Shown piece by piece: positions 25,213 through 37,507 of a DNA stretch of 64,000 nucleotides. Source of the DNA: Lama guanicoe (Eukaryota); NCBI GenBank assembly GCA_013239625.1, contig MU054001.1, positions 2,734,151-2,798,150 on the forward strand, in the 5' to 3' direction. The number at the start of each line of letters is the position of its first letter. Within the stretch, counting starts at the first letter, position 1. The notes under the pieces were generated by a model. That model saw only the letters and a list, made by a program, of their open reading frames with translations, made no database searches and was not told where the DNA came from. Both the position numbers and the translations under genes were made by a program.

Positions 25213-26619
25213 TCCCAGAGGACAGAGGACATGGCTTAGTGAGCCTGTCTCTTAACTTTAGAATTCATTTTGTCTGGCCTGTTGACTGTGTATTGTTTTA
25301 TCTGGTAATGTGCTAAACATCTTTCTAACTTTTCTTCTCAGCTGGATTGTAAACTCTTAGAGCAGAAGGAGGAATCTTATGCTTATTTGTTTTTCTGCTC
25401 TCACTTTCACGCTGGAGCTCTGTAAGTGTTTACTGATGAGTGCCCAATGTCTGCCTTGCAACCAAGCAGAGACCCAAGGCTTGGTGGGTGCTTGATAAAT
25501 GTCTGATTGACAATAGGCCCGAAGGCAATTTAGCGTAAGAGGGAAGGCATTTGTATGGGGATGTAGTCTTGGCTCAGCCATTAGCTGTGTTGATTTTGAG
25601 CCAGTCACTTAACTCTCTCTGAGCCCCAGCATCGACTTCATCTGCCAAATATAGTCACTGGGTGACAGTCTTCTATGGAGTCTAGATCTACAAGCTTATG
25701 ATTCCTCATATAGATGTAAGATACCATTAGAGAGATTTGAATTTAATTTTAGAGAAAATTCTATACTGTGCTTTCCTGGAAATAGTGTTGGAAAATTAGA
25801 GAAAGTCAATATTTTGGGATAATTTAGGAATGACCCCCAAGGTCATTCTACAAAGTCTTCTTGAGAAGGATTTTTCAGGCCTGATACCTTGTGATCTGTA
25901 AAATGGAGATAATAACATGTTTCCCTCTACCATTGTTCATTCTGAACTTGAATAAATCTGAGGAGATTTAACCCTGGTAATTTTTAAAGTAGCTACTAGA
26001 GATATAATTAAACTATAACCACCACAACAGAAGAACTTAAACATGCATCAAACTTGAAAGCATTATTAACACTAGGTTAAAAAATAGTCCTTTATGCTTT
26101 TAGAGTATGGTTCTTCCAAGCTGCTCAAAGCACTTTACACTGATTACCGGAAATGTTAATATCCTCATTTTATGGATAGGGGAACAGAAGTCCAGAGTGG
26201 GGCTGGCTGACCAAAATCCTACCAACATTCTAGTCAGAACTGGGCCTTGCTGCTGAATCTCTTGTTCCCCAGTATGGCCTTTTCCCCACCACCAGCCATG
26301 CAGAGTGTTCATTTTGATCTCCAGCCTGGTTGATGAAAGTTGTCTTCCCTCTAAAATATGTATAGATTTCCTGGATGCTGAGTATCTATGTGTCCCATAT
26401 AAGATGTGATTTCCTGAAACCTGTAGATAAATAAACAATGATCGTTGGAAATGGACACTGTGCTTTGGCAAATTTGAAATACTGTAATAATGTAAGTCCA
26501 AATGCTTCGTGTGGTAAGCGACCTTCACTTACCCGAAACGAGGCCCATGATTAACTGGCAATTGGCTGGTATTAATTACGAAGCATGTCATGTAGATCTC
26601 TGCTTTCGGGCCCCCGGGC

Positions 26620-26632
26620 AGGTCAGAGGTCA
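26620..26632 (+). promoter_or_regulatory. Perfect DR1 nuclear-receptor element AGGTCA-G-AGGTCA
   Basis: Exact consensus match inside a repeat-free, CpG-retaining block; function is not demonstrated. Confidence 0.45.
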
Positions 26633-27699
26633 GCTTTGGTCTGCAGCTTGGTTGAGTTTGGAAACACAGGCCAGAGGCTATGCTCTTCCTCTCTAGCCCA
26701 TGCCGGCTTCCTAGTTTCTGACAGCCCCAACTGCATGTGTTTCAAACTCCATTTCCATCTCAATGAGTTTATGTCCAATGTGATTGTACCTTCCCCTGGC
26801 AGGGCCCATCCACCAACCTTGCTCTTTTATCTCCCCCTCGGCCTCTTACATCGGAGGACTTGTAGCTCCTTATGATCTGCTGAACATTAATATTCACTAA
26901 CTTGCTCCAGGGAGCTACGCTTCACCGAGCGCATTTTCACCTGAAAGGAGATGTTTAATATAAACATTTGGTTAATATTCTGTACATTTGAAAGTATTTT
27001 ATCAGCATCGGTGTAGGACCAAAAGTCATTTAAATTCAATGGGAACTGATTATGCGCCAAGAATCAGTCCTTTCCAAAAGAGTGTGTTTTTCCCCCTGCT
27101 ATAATGTATACATTATAAAACTCACTTACACGGTTGATGGGAACACTTTGTGGACAAACCAGCAGCCCTGCATTTCATCTGACTGAGTATTCATCAGCTC
27201 TGATGCTAGTGTTAAATGGGGGAAAATATTATACAATATTGCTTTTAAAACTGTCTAAATATAATTATCAGCATCTTTGGAGTGATAATAATTATCATAA
27301 CAAGAGCTCATCAGAGGAAACACACAGTTTGATGAGGATCCTCTATTTCTGAGTCCCTGCTCCCTTGCAGAGGATGGATGTATTTCTTTCTTTCTTTCTC
27401 TCTTTTTTTTTTTTTTTTCCTTCCTAAAGAACCGTAGCTCTCTGAAACCTTCCTCTGGCCCCTCTACAATTTTTCTTTACATGTGTCTCTGTGAAACTCA
27501 TTATTCCAAAGAGTTGTTAGGTAGACAATATAAACAGCTCCAAGAAAGGGTGAAATAGATGAATGGAAAATGCACTCCTAGATGGCTACTGAGATGTGTT
27601 TGCATTACACTCCAAACTTTTGGATTAAGTCATCACAAAAGCAAACTATTGTTAGTTTTTACCTGAGGCACCTGTGGGATACTGAATTTCCTTTAAATG

Positions 27700-27735
27700 T
27701 TTTTCTATTGTGAAATATAACTTACCGAGGAGTGA

Positions 27736-27772
<37 letters not shown>

Positions 27773-28440
27773 CACATGCACGTGTATACATATAACGAAT
27801 AAAGTGTATATGTCCACCATCTGGGTCAAGTACCCATTAATTGCCTTTCTGACAACAACACTGACTACTCCATAGAGTTAACCATGTCTTCAAGTTTAGC
27901 TGGAGTTTGTTCATTTTCAATGCTATATAGCATTCTGATAATAAATGGATTTACGTATCCATTCTAGTACTGCCAAGCACTTGGGAAATTTCTATTTGGC
28001 ACTATTCCAAGTGATGTTGCTATGTTGCATTCTTATTGGTGTACATACACAATTGTATCTCTGAACACATACTTTAGTGTGTGATTGCTAGGTAAAAATA
28101 TTTGCATTTCTTCAATTTTATTGGGTAATGCCTAGCTGTTTTCCAAAGTGGTATTACTGGCTGACACAGTTTATGTTCCTACCAGCGACATAAGAGACTT
28201 CTGAATGCCCCACATCTTCATTAATACTCAATACTGCCAGACTTCTAAATTTGAGCCAATCTCGTGGGTGTGTGGTGGTATCTCACTATAGTTTTAGTTT
28301 GCATTTCTCTGATTATGAGCAAGATTAAGCAGGTTTTTGATTTGTTAGTTGGTTATTTGGAATTATTTTATGAAGTGTCTGTTCAAGACCTTTGCCCGTT
28401 TGTTTAGTGGGTTGTCTGTATTATCCTTATTGATTTGATG
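27700..28440 (-). mobile_element. Old L1 (L1M) 3' fragment containing (TG)n at about 27739-27768
   Basis: gtggtatctcactatagttttagtttgcatttctctgattat...gaagtgtctgttcaag. Confidence 0.8.
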
Positions 28441-29603
28441 CCCTGATAAGTGAAAACCCTATCGTGATGCCTGTTTAGAAAGCACCCAGCACGACAAGCT
28501 GGAGCTTCGACATCATTTAACTGCTATAAAGGCAAGAAATTAGCGTGGATCGCCTGGGTTGAGTCTGCTCTTTCTAGTATTCTTATATATGTCTACAGTA
28601 AGAAAAATATAGGTCATTAAAAAAAGCTATTGGGACCATATCTCTCAGCATCAAAAGTACTTTTATCATAGTTGGCTTGTTTTGGAAGGGCTCTGGCTCC
28701 TTCAGGAGTCACTTAAATCACTGCATGAGGGGTTTAATAATGCATACTGTGGAGTTCCAGAGGAAAAAAGATTTCTCATCAGTGAATAGCCAGTTTACTC
28801 ACAGGACCCTGGAAGAACACCAAAAAATAATCTCCTGGACATTCAAAACACTCATTAGTGTTCTGACAGAGGAGATAGTCATGTTCTAATTGGCAGTGTA
28901 ATCACATGAATGATTGTTACATTGAGTCAGACAATGAAACATGAAATTCTTAAAGGAGAAAGAGTTTGGGCAAGCATGTGCCTAACTCACCCTCTGAGAT
29001 GTTGCTTCGAAGGCTCCAGACACTTTCTGACTCTTAAGACTCACTTGGAATTTCTCTCCTATGATTAAACACTTCTTGATTCTACTTGTGATCGCAGAAT
29101 TCACACATTCCTTCTGCATGTCTTAAGTTCTAGCTCCCTAAGGGAGGGCATTGATTGCTTCAGTTGCATCCCTAAAGAATGTGTCCCTTATTATCTATAA
29201 GTCTTTTTCGGATCACCTCATAGGCCATTTTTCACCTTATAAGGAGTTTATTTGGGGTAGATACTGATCCGGCTCCTGGGATAGTGGCCTGTGTGTAAGA
29301 ATCCCTTGCAAATGTGTTTGCTTAGAGACCACGGCTATGACATATATTCAGGGTCAGGCCCCAAACAGAGCCTTATAAGTCAGCTCACTGCTAACTGGAA
29401 TCTTGGGGTAGGTGAGCTGCATGGTCTCCCTCTGCTCTCTTGTCCTTTTGTGATGGAATTAGTTGACTTGAAGCTGAACATATGGCACCTGCCATCACAA
29501 CGTAGAAACCATTCCCTCTGCCATGGCAACCGAAGAATCCATGCACACTTACGGCTGGCTTGGACTTATTCAGTAAATGCACAACGAACAGCAGGATTTT
29601 TCT

Positions 29604-29743
29604 TTTCTTCCCTCCCTCCCTGCCTCCTTCCCTCTCTGCCTCCCTTCCTCCCTCCCTCCCTCCCTTCCTCCCTACCCTCCCTCCCTTCCTTCCTTCCTTC
29701 CTTCCTGCCTTCCTTCCTTCCTTCCTTCCCTCCCTTTCTCTCT
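29604..29743. repeat. (CCCT/CCTT)n polypyrimidine tract
   Basis: Directly visible, about 140 bp. Confidence 0.95.
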
Positions 29744-29859
29744 AGCATTTGGAATAGTGGCAGAGAATTAAGACTTTTTCTTCAAACACCTCTCAAATCT
29801 TAAGGGTGCTTAGAATTGCCTACATATCTTGTTCTACTTCATTTCTTCAGCAGCTTCTT

Positions 29860-30067
29860 TTTTTTTGTTGTAGTCTAGTCAGTTTACAGTGTTGTGTCAG
29901 TTTTTGGCGTACAGCATAATGTTTCAATCATACATATATATATATATATACATGTATTCTTTTTCATTATAGGTTACTACAAGTTATTGTACATGCTAAC
30001 TACTATATACAAAATAAACAAGTTTTTTTCTGTATAGCACAGGGAACTATATTCAATATCTTGTAGT
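29860..30067. mobile_element. Short camelid-type L1 3' end with 5' inversion
   Basis: Minus-strand tail to 29989, then a plus-strand L1 segment. TSD agcttctt at 29852-29859 and 30068-30075. Confidence 0.85.
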
Positions 30068-32007
30068 AGCTTCTTAATGGGAACACATTTCCTTTCCAAA
30101 TTTCAGGGATGTTATTCATCCCTGAATGCATTGGATCCAATTCAGTTTTCTCCTAAAGATCTTTGAAATTGATTCACCAATGTATCGTTCATAAGTTCTA
30201 ACCTAAGGGATAGCACTGCAATTAGAAGAACTGTCCTAATGTATCTGACATCTATAGAGAAATAATTTGGCTCAATCATGAAGAGAATATCAGAGGCATG
30301 CATTCTGTCTAATATTTTAATGATAAGTATCTTAGTTTTGCTCCAGTGTTCATCTTGGTGTTTTATTCTCTTCTTTCTCAGCTCCGGAGGGTAATTGCAT
30401 CTTATTGTCTATATCAAAGCAGTTCCATCACATAAATGGTTGAAGAGGGAAGAAGAAAAAAAGGATATTTTCTGTGAAAAAGCATTGCCAGAGGCTGTTT
30501 CTTCAGACTTCACATAACCTTATTCCAAGAAAAACCAAGCCAAAAAGGTGAAAGGAGCAATAACTGAGACTAGGAGGCATGAAAGTTTGTTTGGTTTCTA
30601 CTTCTGTCCTACTTTGCTGTCTCTAGCCCCTCGGAAGGAGGAAGGTTGAACAGACTGCGGTTCGAAGGACCCTTCTGCATGAAATCCGTGTTCCCTCCAC
30701 TCTCGGCAGTGTGCTGTTTTCTCTGTGTTGTGCTCACCCATTAGCATTTTAATTTAGCTTCATATGGCACTGTTCTGCGGACGGATTTGCTTTCTTGCTT
30801 TTGTTTATTGCACAAGCGACAAACATGAGGGCATTTTCATGATGTGAAAAAATGCCGTGAAGTTGTGAAAATGAGGTGACTTCTCCTTGCCAAGCCGCAA
30901 GAAATGTTAAAGCAGAGATGGCTCTGACAAGGAACTGCAAATGTTCCCAAGATCAAAATGTTCAGGAGCCTTGATCTAATCGAAATGAGAAGTTTTGGCA
31001 GAGGCCTAGACACACAGACATGACCTACCCTTCTCTCTGATAAATGGGATGTGGCTTGTCTGACTTTTCAGGAAGTCACTCAGTCCTTTCCTTAACGGGG
31101 ACACTTCCTTCTTTACGTAGGCTTGGAACACAACTTGGAAATCAGACACATGCTGCTTTGCAGGGCATGGTGGTGAGTTGGTAGCCTGTTCACTTTTATA
31201 AAACTGTTTTCAGTCATTGAAGGGCTTCTGTTTTATGACTGCATCACTCCTTGAGGTCTGTAAACTCTTACAGCTACCTGGTACTCCCTAATGGCTCATT
31301 TATGGATTGAGTCTAAAACTAAACAACTTCCTCACTGGAGATTTTCAAATAGGAAAATGACAGTTTTAGGGATGGGAAACATAAGAAACTGTCTTAGAAA
31401 AGCTATCCCTTCCCTATACACTGAATGTTTCTAAGCACTTGCCCTTTTGTTTAATATTTGTTGAGACTTCTTAGGGTAATGTATACAGTTTAAGTCAGAC
31501 ATGGCTAATACCTGGTCAACATTTAATCACCAATCCAGAATTCATGACAGACATTACTAATTAAGCACAGAACTCTTTCCTGCTGAACCAAGAAATATAG
31601 TTTCAGAATCCTTCCCCATGCAACACTACAAGTGCACTCAATTGTAAGGAACAGGGTTGATCAGAGTTGTGATGCAAGATGAAACTGACCTACCCTCCCT
31701 GGTCTAGGCTCAGCCAGTGGTGTGATTCTTCTTAGGGTGAGTGACCAGATACGGCAGATGACCTTTGTCTGGAAACTGTGAATAGTCAACTCTTCCTACA
31801 ACTGCCCCCTCCATCTGCCTCTAGTAAAACAATGCAAGTACAAGAGGGGCTCTTTTGGCAAACAAACATGGTTCCTTCTTTGTCCTCATTCCAGGCCATT
31901 TCCTCCCTTATGTCTTTGTGCCTTCTCCCTGCATTCATCAGGGGTTTGGCATACTTTCTCAGGGAGAATTGTCTAACCTGTGACTGAGTCCTTGTTCTGC
32001 CCACAGA

Positions 32008-32629
32008 TGTGGTGGGCAGAATTCTGAGACAGCCCCCAGATTCCTGCTCCCTGGTGTCCACACCCTTCACTCTCATGATTAGGTCACATGATATGACAAA
32101 CGTGAAGAGATTTAGCAGATGTAATTAGGGTCTCATATCAGTTGATTTTGAGTTCATCAAAAGGGAGATCATCTTGGGTGGGCCTAATCTAATCAGGTGA
32201 GTTCTTCAAAGGTGGTTCCTTGTTGAGAAAAAAAAAAAAATAGAAATTCCCCTGGCTGGCCTTGAAGAATTAAACAGCCAGGTTGTAAACTGTCTATGGG
32301 GCAGGCTATGTGGCAAGACCCTGAGAGCAGCCTCTAGCTGCCGAGAGCAGTCCTTGGCCAATAGCCAACAAGAAATTGGGGACCTCTTGTTATACAGCAT
32401 CAAGAAAATACATTCTTCCAACCACCTAAAGGGGCTTGGCAGTGGACATTCCTCTGATTGAACCTCCAGATGAGGATGCAGATAGCCAACATCGTGTTTT
32501 CAGCCTTGTGAGGACTCAGCTGAAACATGTTGGACTCCTGACACGTGGAACCTGTGAAATAATAAATTTAACTGTGTTAAGCTGCTAAATGTGTGGTAAT
32601 TTGTTACACAGTAAGAGAAAACTAATCTA
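32008..32629 (+). mobile_element. MaLR solo LTR (MLT1E-like)
   Basis: tgtggtgggcagaattct...gcagatgtaattagggtc...ttaagctgctaaatgtgtggtaatttgttacacag...aaaactaat. Confidence 0.9.
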
Positions 32630-33334
32630 CCAGGCTGGATATAAATCAAGGTACAGGATTATCCACTTGGATCTTTCTGCTGCTTTCCAAAATTAGCACA
32701 GACCTCATTTTGTTTTGAGAGTCTTACTGGTTTTTCCTGTAGGAAAATGAGTGTAGTATAGCAACAGTAACAATAAGACAGTGATATTGAGAGAAATAAA
32801 GAAATTTTAAAATCTCATATGTCACAGAAATTATTTCTAGTCCACATAAAAATAAAAAGGGACAGAATTAGCTCTCCCTCACTTCCATGGGTTAGACCCT
32901 GCCTGCATCTGTACAATGAGAGAAGTGTAGTCCTTGCCTTAGGAAATACCAGTAAAAATGTCTAGTGAGGCCTATCTTAAAAGGAACCTTAATACTTACT
33001 GAGCCCACCTCCAGAAGTTCTCCTATTTGCATGTGTTGAAACTATTTACCCTTCCTTTCTCTTCAATACCTGTACCTTTTTCTGTATTGTTAATTCATCC
33101 TCCTCATGAAGGAAGGCTGCTTTCTTCCATGTATTTGGTAGGAAACAAAGATTATTAATCAGCTACATTTTGAAAAGTTCCAGACAAGAGTCTGTGTTCT
33201 CAGTGTGCTATTGCTCATGGCAGGCAAGTTTGCCACAAATAACTATTTATCATAGCATTTCTTCGCAATGAATAAAATGAACCCCCTCCTTCCTTTGGAA
33301 AGATATTTTTCACTCATATTTTTATTTAGGACTT

Positions 33335-33495
33335 CTGTTTATTTATTCTGAAAAATTAGGAATAATAATAATAATACGATAATTTTACTTACTTCATAAG
33401 GCTTTTCTGAAGATTAAATGAGGAAATACATGGAAAGTTCTTAGTACCATAAAGCACATAGCATGTGCTTAATAAATGTTAGCCATTATTATTAT
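33335..33495 (+). mobile_element. MIR SINE 3' part
   Basis: tgaagattaaatgaggaaatacatggaaagttcttag...aataaatgttagccattatt. Confidence 0.75.
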
Positions 33496-34349
33496 GATTA
33501 CTATTAAAAATCTATTATGTGCCTAGCAATTTGCAGGACCTTAAAGAGGTGAGGGAAAAATCTTTATCTGCCACCTGCCTGTGTCACAGTAAAGACCCTT
33601 AAACGTCACAGTGGGTCCTGATCATTCAGGAGTGGGTGGGGCTTGGGAGCAAGAGTGTAAATTGGGAGACCTGAGTTTGCTGAAACCAGACAGCCAAGCT
33701 CCATCAATCAAGAGGAGCTTAATCCAGAAAGATAGAGTACAGGTTGAGATCATGCAGGGTCATTGAGAAAAGTCTATTTGGGGCTTTTTGTGGACAAATG
33801 GTGTTGGTAAGGAAGAGAATTGAGTGGATGGTTATAAAATTTCAGAATCAAGGAAGTCCTTTGTAGTCTGGGAGTCACCATTGATTATGAAGGTAGTGGG
33901 ATATGGATATTGGGTACCTAGAGAGTATGCCAACTCAGAAAGAATTATGGTTCTTATCAGCTTTTTTCTATTTCTGGGCACTCGGAAGAATTTAACTTAA
34001 ATCATTAAGTTGCCAGTTTTGTATATATATATGTGCACATGCACACAATATACCATTAAACAGAGGCAGTTTAGCTGACCATAAGATCTTAATGTTATGT
34101 TCCTCTGTCCTGGCTGGCTATTCAAATTACAGCTAGGCTCAACAACGGCTTCTTTATAAACCTAAGGAGTTTTAGTTTTTCTGCTGTTTGGCTTGTATAA
34201 TCTTTGTGTTTTACATTTTTAGCCCTTTAAAAATGTCATTCTTTTCCCAGGGTTCTTCTGATCATTTGGTCAGAAGCATCTGAGTTCTTGCCATCAGTTG
34301 TTCTTCAGCCATGCTGGCACTAGTAGTATAAGAATATCATAATCCCAGA

Positions 34350-34900
34350 GTGATATAAAGACCTTTCCAAGGAAGATGAGATACCCAGAGGCCATAAAGG
34401 AAAATTCTGAAGGATTTGACCACGTTAAAAGGGAAAGCTTCAGTTCAGCAAAACACCAGAAACAAATTCAAAAGATAAAATACACACCGGAGAAGCCAAT
34501 TCTCTCAACACATCTGACAGCTCACAAAGAGCAACTGCAGTCTGACTTGAAAAATGAACAAAATGATAGGAAAATGGGCAATGTACACTGAGAGGCAACT
34601 ACAGAAGAAAAAAATAGAAATGTCCAATCAACCAGCAAAAATCTGTTCCATCTTAATAAAGAGTGCAGATAAAAGCTTAGTTAAGATTAAAATGTACTGA
34701 AGAATAAAATGACACTTCTGCTGCAGATAAAAACATTGTTGGCAAGGAAGTGGGTAATTAGGCAGACTCCTGTGGGTATCCACGAGGAAGGGGGTGAGCA
34801 TCCAGTAAGAATAATGAACAGCAGCATCAGTTAAGCAATGCCCGAGTGTGTGGTCCAGAATCTGAGCAAGTGTCCGGGAAGGTGGTGGATCCCCCTGTGT
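34350..34900 (+). mobile_element. Old L1 (L1ME-like) ORF2 3' remnant
   Basis: acccagaggccataaaggaaaa...gaaaatgggcaa resembles the L1 ORF2 C-terminal region. Confidence 0.55.
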
Positions 34901-35294
34901 AATGGGCTCCACGTCTAAACTAAGTTCAAGCAAAGAATGACACATTTTGGTGACTTGACTCAAATATGGGGAGTTCTTTAACAGTATTCTAGTGTTTATT
35001 GGGTTAAAAATTTCCTTTGGGCCTTTTCCTGCCTAGAATGTTTTTTAATCCTTGAAGTTCATTAGCAGAATGTCTTAGTGTTTTCCCAGGATATGGGCAG
35101 CCTTTCCTAGTCTCAGTTGGGCCTTTCTTTCCTTTAATTCAGCAATGTTTTCTTTTATTGAGCCTAATTCCTCTTTTTCTGTCCTCCCTGCCTACTCTAG
35201 ACACTCCCAGTTACTTATATGTTAGATCTCTTTGTTATTGTGCCATGGAACTCCTTTGTTATCATACCATGGCTGTAATCACTTTTTATTCTGT

Positions 35295-35480
35295 GCCAGG
35301 GATTTTTGTTCCCCAGGGAACATTTGGCAATTGTCAAATGCTAGGAACAAGCTACTGGCATCTAATGGGTAGAGGCCCAGGGATGCTGCTAAACATTCTA
35401 TGATGCACAGGATAGCTGCTATCACAGCAAAGAATTATCTGGCCCCAAATTTCAATAGTGAGGTTGAGAAATCCCACCCT
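35295..35480. mobile_element. MER20
   Basis: ccccagggaacatttggcaat...ctactggcatctaatgggtagaggcccagggatgctgctaaacat...aggttgagaaatcc. Confidence 0.9.
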
Positions 35481-37369
35481 AGTATCAAGGCTAGATCCTG
35501 ATAGATCTGTAATTTCCAATAATTTCAAATGACTGTAGAAAAAAACCCCAGGACTTATACAGGAACAATATGTACATTTCTTCCTGTACATAATATTTTT
35601 TGATATTAATGCTAATGTTCAGAGCAGTTGGGAGCATGTATATGAATAATTGAAGCTCAGAACCAGAGAGATGTCCTTACATATCTAGCTCATAATTTTA
35701 AGTAATAGATGCTATAATATACCTTGATTAAACCATAGTTATTTAACATGCTAAATGTTTGTACTATTTGTCTGGGTTATATTTTCTAGTTAATGGCTCA
35801 AAATTTTTTGTTTCAACCTTTGTTTTTCAAAAAAGATGGCATTGCCTTTAGATTGTCAAGCAAGTTGAAAACTGAGAAATCCCATATAAAACTCTGAAAT
35901 CCTATATAAATTTAGGAGGGGAGAATTATGGCTATTAACATAATTTCTCCTAGATATGAGATTAGACTAAAATGATATTAAACACAATATATTTTCTAAA
36001 AATGATTTTCTAAAAAGTTTATATTTAGCTATGTTGAGTTCCAGTTAGTTATTCGGTGTCTGAAATTTTTATTTAGCACTTCAGTCATATGTGTACATCA
36101 TTCTCATCAGGATGGAGAGATTCCATGACTAATGAACTGATCCAGACTCACTTTATCTCTTTTTTCTATAAATAAACATATTTGATGCTTGCCATTCTAA
36201 TTGTTTTGCAAATTAATTTGCATGATTTCCTTCAATATTTTATAGAACTTACAAAATTAATTACTTGATCTCTGTAATAATAACCATCCTGTCTCCTCCT
36301 TTTCTGTATTAAGGCTAATTTAAAGGGAGGAATTTAATTCAATAGAGTCTCATTGTTTACTCAAATTACACATGCATAATGAGATCTCAGTAGGAATGAA
36401 TGTGGAATGCCACCTTTGAGACTCAATCAGTACCTTGGGGCAAAAATGTGATAGTCTAACCGTGTAGTCATTAAGACATCCTAGATTATAACCTTTGGAT
36501 GATCAAACCTGTAGTTTCTAGAGCTCTTCTCAATTCAGAAATGCTAAAAAGCAGTTTCAAAGAATGGTGGGCAAAAACTACAGGAGACAGAAGTCCCCAC
36601 TCTCGTCACTACAGTGGGTTGTGTAGGTTTTGTAATTTCCAAAACTCATTGATATTTTACACTTGATAAAATGATGTGATATCTTCAGTTTATTTTCCTT
36701 TTCTGTGGCCATTCCTTGGTAGTCCCCTAATGTCCTCTCCACAAAGGGCTGAAATAAAACATTAAGAAACTAACACAGAGTATTGTGTGTGTGGACCAAG
36801 TTTTGGGTGCCATTTTCATTTCTTTCTCCTGCTGTCCCTCAGCTTGGCAGTTCTGTAGGGCCGACCACAAAAATCTTACATGAGATTTTTTTAAAAAATG
36901 AACAATTACCTAGTTTTCATTTATATGTGTATTTAATTCAGAGGTTACTCCGCCCATGGTCTCTTTGGATGATGCAGAACTATTTATTAAAGGTTAGTTG
37001 GACAACACCACTTTGCTTATGTCTAACCTTGTTCCAGAAAGAGTTTAAGTTGGCTTACAGAGATGTAAAATTAAAACCATGCTGTCTTCATGTTTTACTA
37101 CACTATGCAATGCCTAGAGCAATCAAAATAGCAGCTAGTGGGAAGAATCTTTTGGTCATTATTAGACACTTTTTGCAGTTGAAGACTGTAATCAACAAAT
37201 CATTTATTCAGTGTCTGCTGTGGGCTCAGCATTGTGTTTGACACTGTGGAAGATATAGAAAACACGACCTAATGGATATACAAAACAGTACCTATTAGAC
37301 AAGAACATTCTCCTTATCCAAAAATTTGTTTATCTAGAAAATAGTCAAGAGACAGAAATTAAACCTTTG

Positions 37370-37507
37370 TTATGATAACTCACAGAGAAAAAAATGTGAC
37401 AATGGGTGTGTATATGTCCATGAATGACTGAAAAATTGTGCTGAACACTGGAATTTGACACAACATTGTAAAATGATTATAAATCAATAAAAAATGTTAA
37501 AAAAAAA
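37370..37507 (+). mobile_element. Young, severely 5'-truncated camelid-type L1
   Basis: L1 3' terminus (gacacaacattgtaaaatgattataaatcaataaaa) plus poly-A, with a perfect TSD aaacctttg at 37361-37369 and 37508-37516. Confidence 0.9.

Noticed and set aside
29291..29803. 170-aa ORF and overlapping low-complexity ORFs
   Set aside because: Produced by the stop-free CCCT/CCTT microsatellite.
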